In this document: positions 20,332 to 29,481 of the stretch, one piece after another
Position numbering within the stretch: the stretch's first letter is position 1
Layout of the letters: the number at the start of each line of letters is the position of its first letter
IMG/VR virus record: IMGVR_UViG_3300020810_001156
Location: 188,604 to 252,603 of that record
DNA: 64,000 nt
Strand: one strand, 5' to 3'
The notes under the pieces: generated by a model
The model's input: the letters and a program-made list of their open reading frames with translations, nothing else
Told to the model about the DNA's origin: nothing
Databases searched by the model: none
Translations under genes and position numbers: made by a program

Positions 20332-20646
20332 ATGCAACTAGAATCAATCTACGCAGTAATCATTACTCTTATCACAGTATTGGGTTCAGCAGGAGCTTGG
20401 AGATACTATGAAAAGCGTGCGCAAGAAAAGAAAGAAGAAGATGATTACATCAAAGATGATTGTGCGAAGAGAATAGATAGATTAGAAGAACTCTTAGAAA
20501 GAAGTTCAAGAGAAAAGGATGAACTTAGAGAGAAAATCTTAGAACTTACCAAAGATGTAGCCGAATTGACTATCAAAGTCAAATATCTTGAAATGGAAAA
20601 CAAAAGATTATTAGAATTAAACAATCAGATTCTAAATAAATCGTAA
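20332..20646 (+). CDS. Membrane-anchored coiled-coil protein
   Basis: N-terminal TM followed by heptad repeats. Confidence 0.6.
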   Translation: MQLESIYAVIITLITVLGSAGAWRYYEKRAQEKKEEDDYIKDDCAKRIDRLEELLERSSREKDELREKILELTKDVAELTIKVKYLEMENKRLLELNNQILNKS

Positions 20647-20651
20647 AAATA

Positions 20652-20683
20652 TTTGGATTTTTCCAAAAAATTTCGTATATTAG
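20652..20683 (+). promoter_or_regulatory. Bacteroidota-type promoter
   Basis: TTTG-N20-TATATTAG. Confidence 0.65.
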
Positions 20684-20684
20684 T

Positions 20685-21242
20685 ATGTTTATCAAAGAAC
20701 AAGAGGATATGATAGCTAGAAGTTTATTCACAGAATCAAAAAAACTCAGAGTATTTGATTTCGATGACACACTTGTTTTTACGAATTCTTACATTTATGT
20801 AAAAACTATTGATGGTAAAGAGAAAAAGTTAACACCTGGTGAATATGCTCTTTACAATGAAAAGCCAGGTGAAGAATACGATTTCAGAGATTTCTACTCT
20901 GTTCAAGAACCCCAAGAATTAAAAAAGATTACCAAAGTTCTTAAAAGAATAATCAATAAGAACAAAGGAGAGGGTGTATTCATTCTAACCGCAAGACCTC
21001 AAGCGGTAGATAAGCATGTACAAAGATATTTAAAAGATATTGGTATTAATCAAAAAATACCAGTAATAGGTTTACAATCTAATAACCCAAAAGATAAATC
21101 AGATTGGGTTGAAAAAAAGATTGATAACGAAGGTTATGATGATGTTTACTTTGCAGATGATTCTATTAAGAATGTTAATCAAATGAAAAAGATGTTAAGG
21201 GGTAAAAATATCAAATGGAGAGTTCAACACATTAAACATTAA
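20685..21242 (+). CDS. HAD-superfamily phosphatase (RNA-repair/PNK-phosphatase-like)
   Basis: FDFDDTL, ILTAR, K, FADDS..N; start may be ATG 20709. Confidence 0.75.
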   Translation: MFIKEQEDMIARSLFTESKKLRVFDFDDTLVFTNSYIYVKTIDGKEKKLTPGEYALYNEKPGEEYDFRDFYSVQEPQELKKITKVLKRIINKNKGEGVFILTARPQAVDKHVQRYLKDIGINQKIPVIGLQSNNPKDKSDWVEKKIDNEGYDDVYFADDSIKNVNQMKKMLRGKNIKWRVQHIKH

Positions 21243-21261
21243 AATCTTATATTTATAGTAT

Positions 21262-21510
21262 ATGATTAGATTAACCGAAATATTGAACGAAGGAAAAGAA
21301 CCTGAAATCATTACTCAATTAAGAGATGTATTGAAGAATGGGTATAAAACTCTTAAAGACCCAAAAAGTGGTAAGAGAATGAAAGTGGATACTTACTCAG
21401 CATCTGCAATCGTTGGTGTATATGATAAATTAAATCCATCTAATCAAGAAAAGTTTGTGAAGCAGGGTTTGTTGGGTATGCAATCATTAGCATTTAAATT
21501 TATAAAATAA
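21262..21510 (+). CDS. Small protein with MIRLTEILNE leader
   Basis: Leader shared with the next two ORFs; VDTYSASAI..VYDKLN..NQ module. Confidence 0.6.
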   Translation: MIRLTEILNEGKEPEIITQLRDVLKNGYKTLKDPKSGKRMKVDTYSASAIVGVYDKLNPSNQEKFVKQGLLGMQSLAFKFIK

Positions 21511-21511
21511 A

Positions 21512-22189
21512 GTGATTAAGTTAACTGACATATTAAATGAAGATTGTTGGAAGGGCTACAAACAAATTGGTGGCAAAATGAAGAATGGAAAGATGGTGCC
21601 AAATTGTGTTCCTGAATCGGTTGAAGAAAACTCAATCAATGAAGCTTCAATGACTGTTTCAATTGCAAATGTTGTAGATGAACTTTTTCCAAAGGAATTC
21701 TTTTGGGTTTATAATCCACAAGATAAAGAAAGAGTAAAATCTGTGATTGGTGATTTGGTTAGAACTCTAAATACTTTCTACAAAAAGCAAGGTATTAAAG
21801 TTAGATTTACAGATTCTAATATTAGAATGAAAATGTACACTAAAGAATCGGCAAGAGAGGATTTAACATCTTCAGAGAGATTAGAACTATATAAGTTATA
21901 CTCAAAGGCGATGAAAGCAATGCCACAATCTCCAAACCAAAAAAAGATTATCAAACAAATTAATGTGTTAAGAACCAAAGCTGGTATGAAACCATTAAAA
22001 GAGGTAACTTTGAATGAGATTGGTATTTTTAATATACAAAGTTACACAAAGGGGATTTTACCTGCAGGATATATGGATACAACAACTCCTCAGAAAAAAG
22101 AAAAATATCGTTCAACAGTTAGAGATTTAATGCAAACATTAAATTCTTTTTGGAAAAGAAATAATATACCATTTAGAGTAAGAAAATGA
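21512..22189 (+). CDS. Modular protein with MIKLTDILNE leader and CWKGY..VPNCV module
   Basis: GTG start; internal NSINE and TLNE linkers; duplicated module. Confidence 0.6.
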   Translation: MIKLTDILNEDCWKGYKQIGGKMKNGKMVPNCVPESVEENSINEASMTVSIANVVDELFPKEFFWVYNPQDKERVKSVIGDLVRTLNTFYKKQGIKVRFTDSNIRMKMYTKESAREDLTSSERLELYKLYSKAMKAMPQSPNQKKIIKQINVLRTKAGMKPLKEVTLNEIGIFNIQSYTKGILPAGYMDTTTPQKKEKYRSTVRDLMQTLNSFWKRNNIPFRVRK

Positions 22190-22524
22190 TAAAGTTAGAT
22201 GATTTATTACATGATATCGTAAACCATCCACTAAACGAAGATTTGAGAAAGTGGTTTGGTAAAGGAAAGACTGGTTCATCATCTGGTGGTGGTTGGGATA
22301 GATACGGAACTGATGGACAGAAGTTAGGTAAATGTGGCGATGGTGAAGAAGGTGATGCTTATGCAGCTTGTTTATCTAAAGAAAAGGCAGCTAAGTTAGG
22401 ACCTAAAGGTAGAGCTGCATTTGTAAAAAGAAAAAGAGCTGACCAAAAGAAAGCTGGTGATACTAAAAAAGGTGGAAATAGAAAAAAGGGTAAGACACCT
22501 ACCTTTTCAAAAACAGGTGCATAA
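22186..22524 (+). CDS. Basic protein with MIKLDDLL..PLNE leader
   Basis: EDLRKWF...CG...ACL...KRK module typical of large phages. Confidence 0.6.
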   Translation: MIKLDDLLHDIVNHPLNEDLRKWFGKGKTGSSSGGGWDRYGTDGQKLGKCGDGEEGDAYAACLSKEKAAKLGPKGRAAFVKRKRADQKKAGDTKKGGNRKKGKTPTFSKTGA

Positions 22525-22535
22525 TTGTTATTTTA

Positions 22536-22796
22536 ATGGGTAAAAAATTAGTTACTATAAAGGTAATAAAGGGAGATATTAATCGAGCTCTTAAAAAGTT
22601 TAAACGAGCGTGTTTTGATTCTGGACACTTACAAGAACTTAGGGAAAGGCAAACATATACTAAACCTAAAACAGTAAGAAGAACGAAAAAGTTAGAAGCT
22701 ATCAGAAGGCAAGAGTGGGAAACTTTAAAAGAAAAGATTGATGGTGGGGATACCTCACTAAAATTATCTCCAAGAAAGAAAAAGAAAAAAAGATAA
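22536..22796 (+). CDS. rpsU: Ribosomal protein bS21
   Basis: I.V..GDINRALKKFKR...G.LQELRERQ.Y.KP..RR. Confidence 0.85.
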   Translation: MGKKLVTIKVIKGDINRALKKFKRACFDSGHLQELRERQTYTKPKTVRRTKKLEAIRRQEWETLKEKIDGGDTSLKLSPRKKKKKR

Positions 22797-22813
22797 GGAA
22801 TATTTATTAAGGT

Positions 22814-25300
22814 ATGGCAGATAATGTAAAAATATCAGATTTAACGGAATTAATATCGGGCTCTCTTAGAGATGTTACGATTTTTCCGGTTGTAGATGGT
22901 GGTGCAACCCAAAAAGCTACATTACTATCTCTACAACAATATCTTGCTGATACTTTAGCAACTGATAGTGAATTAACAGCACAAATTTCTAATGTAAATT
23001 CTACAATAAATGGATTGGATACAGATGATATAAGTGAGGGTTCAACTAATCAGTATTATACAAACGCAAGAGTTAATCAAATAATTCAAGGATTAACAAT
23101 CATAAGTGGTTCGGGTCAAATTGAAGATTTAGGATTTATTTCTTCAGGTACTAATATTGGACCACTAAATATATTTACAGCATCTTACTACGAAGATTCT
23201 GCATCCTTTGAGACAAGAATTTTAGCAATATCTGCTAGTAGTGGAGATACTACGCCACAAGGAACTGTATCTAGTTCACAACAAATTACCGATTTAGGGT
23301 TTATACAATCATCAACAATTGATTCTTTATTTATTGCAGATAGATTACCAATTGATATTCTATCTTCATCAGAACAATTAGGACAATTAATTGCAATTAA
23401 TGGTGGTACTAATGTAACTGTTACTTCTGGTAGTGGTGACCAATTAAGTATTGAAATTTCATCTACTGGTGGTGGAGGTGGCGGAGTTGAATATGATTCT
23501 GAATATGAAATCGTTTCACAATCAAACATTACTGATGAATCTAATGCTAGATTGAGTGGTATGTTGATAAGAGCTAATGATGAAACTACATTCGCTAACT
23601 TCTCAGCATCTGTTGCTGCTGGTGCTGGTGGAGGTGGTGGTTCTACTGATTACATTTCAAATGTATCAAACACAATAGCTCATACAATTTCATTTACTGG
23701 AGTTGGTTCAGCATTTAATGGAAGTATAAATCTACCCGATGGTATTGTATCATCATCAACTCAAATTGAAGATTTGGGATTTGCTGGTGGTGGAGAAAAC
23801 ATTATAGTTAGTGGATTACAAGCATATACTCAATCATTAAAATCAGTAGCTATAATTTCTGGCTCACAACAAATTACTGATTTTGGATTCGTTTCAGAAT
23901 CATCAACAACTATTCCACAGGGAACTATTTCTGGTTCACAACAAATTACCGATTTAGGATTTCTTAGTAGTTCAGCCGATTTAACTGGTATTACATCATC
24001 TGCTGGTGTTGTACTTGCTGACGCTGATAACACTGGATTTGATACATCATTTGTAGGAGAGAACCCATCTAACTTATATTATACTGATGCTAGAGTTGAA
24101 ACTCACTTAGGGGTTATAGGTTTATTAACAGGTTCACAAGGATTAGCTAGTGGTTCGGTAACTTCATCCGCACAAATTAATTATGGTGAAATTAGAAATA
24201 TTCCTAAATTTTGGGGTGATGGCGTAACTATATCATCTGGTTCATCAGGTGATACTGCAAATTATATCCAAATTACATCAGCTGGTGGTGGTAGTGGTAC
24301 ATTATCATCCGAGTTCTACTCATTTACCGCATCATATGAATTAGAAAAAGTTAATTTTATAACTGGTTCTTCACAAATTGAAGCTTTAGGATTTGACCCT
24401 AATGCTGGTGAAGTTGTAACTTTAAACGCTTGGACTGGTTCTGGTGGAGCATTTGGTATATTCTCACAATCAGTAGTAAACCAAATTGAAAACTTAGAAA
24501 CTGGTTCACTTACTGATGATTTCAACTCATTATTGGAAAAAGATTTATTCTCAGGTTCTGCTCAAGTTAATTACGCACAAATACCTGATATACCAGACTT
24601 TGTAGCTGGTCCTGGTATAGTAATCGCAATTAGTGGTAGTTCATTTGGACAAACCTTTGAAATTAGTAGTAGTGCAGCTTCTGGAGATTTTACAACATTA
24701 ACTGGAGTTCCAGAAGGATTAGTATCATCATCAACTCAAATTGAAAATTTAGGATTTGCAACAACTGGATACGCTGATGGTGTTGGTACAACAACTTCAC
24801 AATCATTAGAATCAACATTTAATGGATTTAGAGGTGATATAGGTGCTATTCAAGCCGATTACGCTAATTTGGGTGGTAACACATTTACTGGTTCTCAATT
24901 AATCAAAGCTTTAGTAACAGTTGATGAGGTTTATGTAACTGGTTCATTATCTTTAACTTCTGGTGAGGGTAAAATAAAAGTTAATACTGGGATTCCTTCG
25001 GATATAGTACAAATGACTGGTTCATTTAAAGTAACGGGTTCGATTGAAGCAGATGAGTTTATTGTAGGTTCTGCAGGAACACCAACCATTTCATCAGCAA
25101 CTAATATTGAAGTATCGGCATCGGCTGATATTAATATGATAGCTCAGGAAGTTAACATTACTGATGTATTAACAATAACTCCAAGAACAACAACACCTTC
25201 ATCACCATCATCTGGTAGTTTTATTGTAAGTGGTAGTGGAGCAACTATAAAGCCATTCTTCTATGATGGCAATCAATGGCAAGAGATATCATTCGTATAA
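22814..25300 (+). CDS. Ser/Gly/Thr-rich virion structural (tail fibre-like) protein
   Basis: N-terminal VKISDL, TDDISEGSTNQYYTNARV motif, about 10 S[GS]S.Q[IV]..LGF-type repeats, C-terminal FYDGNQW. Confidence 0.7.
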   Translation: MADNVKISDLTELISGSLRDVTIFPVVDGGATQKATLLSLQQYLADTLATDSELTAQISNVNSTINGLDTDDISEGSTNQYYTNARVNQIIQGLTIISGSGQIEDLGFISSGTNIGPLNIFTASYYEDSASFETRILAISASSGDTTPQGTVSSSQQITDLGFIQSSTIDSLFIADRLPIDILSSSEQLGQLIAINGGTNVTVTSGSGDQLSIEISSTGGGGGGVEYDSEYEIVSQSNITDESNARLSGMLIRANDETTFANFSASVAAGAGGGGGSTDYISNVSNTIAHTISFTGVGSAFNGSINLPDGIVSSSTQIEDLGFAGGGENIIVSGLQAYTQSLKSVAIISGSQQITDFGFVSESSTTIPQGTISGSQQITDLGFLSSSADLTGITSSAGVVLADADNTGFDTSFVGENPSNLYYTDARVETHLGVIGLLTGSQGLASGSVTSSAQINYGEIRNIPKFWGDGVTISSGSSGDTANYIQITSAGGGSGTLSSEFYSFTASYELEKVNFITGSSQIEALGFDPNAGEVVTLNAWTGSGGAFGIFSQSVVNQIENLETGSLTDDFNSLLEKDLFSGSAQVNYAQIPDIPDFVAGPGIVIAISGSSFGQTFEISSSAASGDFTTLTGVPEGLVSSSTQIENLGFATTGYADGVGTTTSQSLESTFNGFRGDIGAIQADYANLGGNTFTGSQLIKALVTVDEVYVTGSLSLTSGEGKIKVNTGIPSDIVQMTGSFKVTGSIEADEFIVGSAGTPTISSATNIEVSASADINMIAQEVNITDVLTITPRTTTPSSPSSGSFIVSGSGATIKPFFYDGNQWQEISFV

Positions 25301-25311
25301 AATAAACACCT

Positions 25312-26922
25312 ATGAGAACCTACAATGTAATACTCAAAAAAGGTGTAGATTATGAATCGTTTTGGGATGATATGGAAAATGAAAACGATGGGGGTAATCT
25401 TTATATCCCTAATCGTAGAGTAGATTCTCCTAACCTTAGACCAGATTCACAAAGACAAACTTGGTACACTCTTTCGGATGAAGAAGCTGAAACTGTAAGA
25501 AATGATGAAAGAGTTCTTGCAGTTGAAATTCCACCCGAAGATAGGGATGATATCGTAATTGGACATCATGCAATCCAAGAGGGTGTATTTACCAAAACAA
25601 CTTCTGATAGTGGTAATTATCAAAATTGGGGATTAATAAGAACTTTATCTAAATCAAATAATTATGGTAGTTCAAATACCTCACCAACTACTGAATATCC
25701 ATATTCATTAACTGGTAAGGGGGTTGATGTTGTAATTCAAGATAGTGGTATTCAAATAGACCATCCAGAATGGGCAGATAGATTTGAATCGGTAGATTGG
25801 GATACATGGGGTGCTTTTACACAATCATCAAATCACGATAGAGATTATGATGGACATGGTTCACATTGTGCTGGTATTGTAGCAGGTAAAACATTTGGGT
25901 ATGCTAAAAAAGCAAAAGTATATCATCAAAAGATAAGTGGATTAGAAGGTAGTGGTGATAGTGGAACTGGTATTTCACCAACCTATGCATTTGATGCTAT
26001 TAAAGGTTGGCATAATGCTAAATCAGTTGACCCAAATACTGGGTATGTTAGACCAACTGTGGTAAATATGAGTTGGGGTTATCTGAGAACATTTACAAAT
26101 GCTCAAATATCAAACATAAATTATAGAGGTACTGATTATAGTGGTACTGATATTGATACTACAACTGAAAGAGAAAACAATTACGGATTGATGTATTCAT
26201 TGTATTCAGTATCAGGTCCAACATATGCTAGTAATTTAAGAATAGCATCGGTTGATACTGATATTGAAGAGTTGTTAGAAGCGGGTGTTCATGTGTTTGT
26301 TGCTGCTGGAAATAGGAGTAATAAAGTAGATGAGAGTGGTGGTGCGGATTATGATAATAATTATACACACACATCATCGGGTACAACTTACTATCACAGA
26401 GGTTCTTCTCCATATGGTGATGCAGGGCAAGATGGAACTGGACCAAGAGCAATCATAGTTGGTAATATGGATTCATCAGTACATGATACCACAACTGATA
26501 GAAAAGCAACATCATCGGAAACTGGACCTGGTGTTGATATCTATGCACCTGGTACAAATGTTATGAGTGCAACTTCTAATACAAATAAGTGGGGAAGTGG
26601 TTCTCAAAATTATTATTTGAATTCATCATTTAAGCAAACTAATATATCTGGTACATCTATGGCATCTCCTCAAGTTGCAGGTGTTGCTGCATGTATTTTA
26701 GAATTATATCCACAATGGACACCATCTCAATTAAAACAATGGTTACTGGATAATGCAGGTTCTGCAATCTTAAATACTGGTACTGATAATGATTGGACAA
26801 ATGATAGAAGTTTGAAAGGTGGAGCAGAAAAAGTATTACATTTACCATTTACTTCATCAGAACCTGCAAAAATAAGTGGTTTCGATAATTTAACCTTTAA
26901 CATAAAAATCAAAGAACAATAA
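25312..26922 (+). CDS. Subtilisin-like S8 serine protease
   Basis: Triad motifs VVIQDSG, DGHGSHCAG and SGTSMASPQVAG; oxyanion AAGN; N-terminal prodomain. Confidence 0.92.
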   Translation: MRTYNVILKKGVDYESFWDDMENENDGGNLYIPNRRVDSPNLRPDSQRQTWYTLSDEEAETVRNDERVLAVEIPPEDRDDIVIGHHAIQEGVFTKTTSDSGNYQNWGLIRTLSKSNNYGSSNTSPTTEYPYSLTGKGVDVVIQDSGIQIDHPEWADRFESVDWDTWGAFTQSSNHDRDYDGHGSHCAGIVAGKTFGYAKKAKVYHQKISGLEGSGDSGTGISPTYAFDAIKGWHNAKSVDPNTGYVRPTVVNMSWGYLRTFTNAQISNINYRGTDYSGTDIDTTTERENNYGLMYSLYSVSGPTYASNLRIASVDTDIEELLEAGVHVFVAAGNRSNKVDESGGADYDNNYTHTSSGTTYYHRGSSPYGDAGQDGTGPRAIIVGNMDSSVHDTTTDRKATSSETGPGVDIYAPGTNVMSATSNTNKWGSGSQNYYLNSSFKQTNISGTSMASPQVAGVAACILELYPQWTPSQLKQWLLDNAGSAILNTGTDNDWTNDRSLKGGAEKVLHLPFTSSEPAKISGFDNLTFNIKIKEQ

Positions 26923-26959
26923 CAACTTTTTAGGTTTTTAATATATATTTATAGAGTAG

Positions 26960-29431
26960 ATGGGATGGAGTGAGAAATATAAGAAATCAATAGATTGTAA
27001 CAACCCAAAAGGTTTCAGTCAAAAAGCCCATTGTGCTGGTAAAAAGAAAAACGAAGATATGGTATTTGAAGAAATAACCGAAGATATTCTAAATGAAAAG
27101 CTGATTACCTATGGTAATAGAAAACCATATGGTCAAGTAGTTTTTATGGCAGGTGGAGCTGGTAGTGGTAAAGGATTCGCTATCAAAAACTTTGTAGATT
27201 CTGCATCTTTCAAAATTAGAGATGTGGATGAAATGAAGAAACAACTTCAAATTCTCAATAGATTAGGTAAATTAGATATTAGAAGTATCCTAAAAAAGTA
27301 TGGTAGAAATATCAAACTTAAAGATTTAGATTTAATCAGAAAGATTGAAAAGGATGGGTACAAACTTCAAAACTTTAATCTTAAAAATCCAGACCATGTA
27401 ATGGCCCTTCACATTTTAGTAAAGGCAATGGGTATTAAAGATAATACTTTAGAAAAACTATTATTGGGTAAAAATAATCCTGAAACTCTTCCAAACATTT
27501 TATTTGATATCACCGCAAAGGATGTAACCGATATCACTTCAGTTGTTCCAAAATTAAAAGAAGTTGGATACAAAGCAGATAATATTCACTTAACTTGGGT
27601 ACTTACAAATTATGTAACTGCAATGGTTAATAATAAGAATAGAGCTAGAATGGTACCTGAGGATATCCTTTTAAAAACACATGAAGGTGCTGCAAATACT
27701 ATTTGGGGATTAGTAACTAAAGCTCTTCCAAAAGGAATGAATGGTAGAGTTGATGTAATCCTTAATAACCCAGAACACACTGTATTCTATACTGATACAG
27801 ATGGTAAAACTATTAGTGGTGGTGTAAAGGGATTCCTCTCACTTCCACTTAAAAAAGAAAAGGGTGGTATCTTTCCAGAAAAAGTTTGGAAAGATAAGTT
27901 ATTCAATTGGGTTAAAGATAATGCACCAGAATCAATCACATCAAATATGAAAGAATCAGTAAACGAAGGTAAGAAATCCAAAGATTCTACCGGTGTAAGA
28001 AAAGCAGAAGCTATTCATAATAATGCAGATACAATCATTGATTTGGTACTTAAAGATAAAAAAGATGTTAAAGAAGTAGTAAGTGTAATGGGGCCTGTAT
28101 TGATTAATGCAATAAAAGCAACTTTAAAACATAAGTTCAAACCAATTACTGGTAATGAAGATGCATTAAAAAAGTTTCAATCTAAACTAAAAGATTTCCT
28201 TAAATTCACAGAAGCGTTAGTTAAAAAACCATCAAAGGTTGGTGTTAAAAGACTTGAAACTATGCACAGAGAATGGTGGAATTGGAACCATGGTGCAGAT
28301 GTAGTATTAAATGGAAAAATAGGAAATACTATCATTGAATCAGTAAACGAAGGAAAATTCAAACCATCACAAGTTCGTTCAGCAATCTCAAAAGTTAAAA
28401 AAGGACTAATGAGAAAGTGGAAACAAAAAGGTGGATACGAAAACTTTGGACAAAAAGAACTATCTCAAATGAAAGATAAGTTTGATTACAATGCATATGG
28501 AGATAAGGATGAAAGAGAAATTTCACATATGTTAGATGCATTTGATAATTGGGCAATGAACTACGATGGTAATATGAGAGAAGCAAGAAGGTCAGTAGTT
28601 CACAAAGCTGCAAAGAAAGGAAGTTTTCCAGTATCTTTAGTAGTGGTTAAAAATGGTAAAGTAATTGACCAAGAGTTAGTAAAAACTCCAGAAGCTGTAC
28701 CTGCTGCATTTAATGTTATTCAATCAAAACACAAAGGAGCTACTGTTCATATTGAAGATAAAACAGGTAAAAGATTATTTTCAGAATCAATAGATGAGGG
28801 TATGTTCTCCCTTATAGACCAAATCAGAGATGAATCTAAGAATGTTAAAGATTTTATTAAGAATGTTCTTTCTGATAGAAACTTTAAGGATATGAAAAAC
28901 GATAAACAATTTATCCAATACTTAGGTTCTATCTATGAATCGGTAAACGAAGCAATGGATATCAATGACCCTATCTTAGTAAGATTGAGAGCATCAGCGA
29001 TTGAAAAAGCTGAAAAAGAAAAATTAGCAAAAATAAGAGCAGCCCAAATGAAGAAAAACCAAATGGCTGCTAAAAAACTCCAACAAGCAGAACTCAAAAT
29101 CAAAGCACTCAAAAAGAAGAGAGCAGAGGTAATGAGAGATATGGAACAAGAAGCTGAAGCAGAAGGTGGACCAATCGCTGATAGATATGGTAACTTATTA
29201 AATAAGATTGATAACGATATCATCAAATTGGGAGGTAATCCAATGAGTGAATCAATCGAAGAAAGAATCAATCTATTCGTAGAAGAAAACGTACCAACTA
29301 AACCAGACAAATGGTCATATGCAGTTTCTCAAGCAAAAGAGAAATTTGATGTATATCCATCGGCATATGCAAATGCATGGGCTTCCAAGAAATATAAAGA
29401 ACTTGGTGGTGGTTGGAGAAAGAAAAAGTAA
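26960..29431 (+). CDS. Modular polyprotein-like protein containing a zeta-toxin/AAA_33-like P-loop kinase domain
   Basis: FMAGGAGSGKG, N..R.RMVP; modules separated by ESVNE, ESIDE and ESIEE. Confidence 0.65.
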   Translation: MGWSEKYKKSIDCNNPKGFSQKAHCAGKKKNEDMVFEEITEDILNEKLITYGNRKPYGQVVFMAGGAGSGKGFAIKNFVDSASFKIRDVDEMKKQLQILNRLGKLDIRSILKKYGRNIKLKDLDLIRKIEKDGYKLQNFNLKNPDHVMALHILVKAMGIKDNTLEKLLLGKNNPETLPNILFDITAKDVTDITSVVPKLKEVGYKADNIHLTWVLTNYVTAMVNNKNRARMVPEDILLKTHEGAANTIWGLVTKALPKGMNGRVDVILNNPEHTVFYTDTDGKTISGGVKGFLSLPLKKEKGGIFPEKVWKDKLFNWVKDNAPESITSNMKESVNEGKKSKDSTGVRKAEAIHNNADTIIDLVLKDKKDVKEVVSVMGPVLINAIKATLKHKFKPITGNEDALKKFQSKLKDFLKFTEALVKKPSKVGVKRLETMHREWWNWNHGADVVLNGKIGNTIIESVNEGKFKPSQVRSAISKVKKGLMRKWKQKGGYENFGQKELSQMKDKFDYNAYGDKDEREISHMLDAFDNWAMNYDGNMREARRSVVHKAAKKGSFPVSLVVVKNGKVIDQELVKTPEAVPAAFNVIQSKHKGATVHIEDKTGKRLFSESIDEGMFSLIDQIRDESKNVKDFIKNVLSDRNFKDMKNDKQFIQYLGSIYESVNEAMDINDPILVRLRASAIEKAEKEKLAKIRAAQMKKNQMAAKKLQQAELKIKALKKKRAEVMRDMEQEAEAEGGPIADRYGNLLNKIDNDIIKLGGNPMSESIEERINLFVEENVPTKPDKWSYAVSQAKEKFDVYPSAYANAWASKKYKELGGGWRKKK

Positions 29432-29463
29432 TTTGGAAAATCCAAATTAATTTCGTATATTTG
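29432..29463 (+). promoter_or_regulatory. Bacteroidota-type promoter
   Basis: TTTG-N20-TATATTTG. Confidence 0.75.
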
Positions 29464-29481
29464 AACAATTAAAATAAAGTT

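Noticed and set aside
26960-29431. Intein or frameshifted gene fusion as the explanation for the long modular ORF
   Set aside because: No intein-type C/S...HN-C/S/T junctions and no remnant stop/start pairs at module borders; borders carry Glu linkers instead
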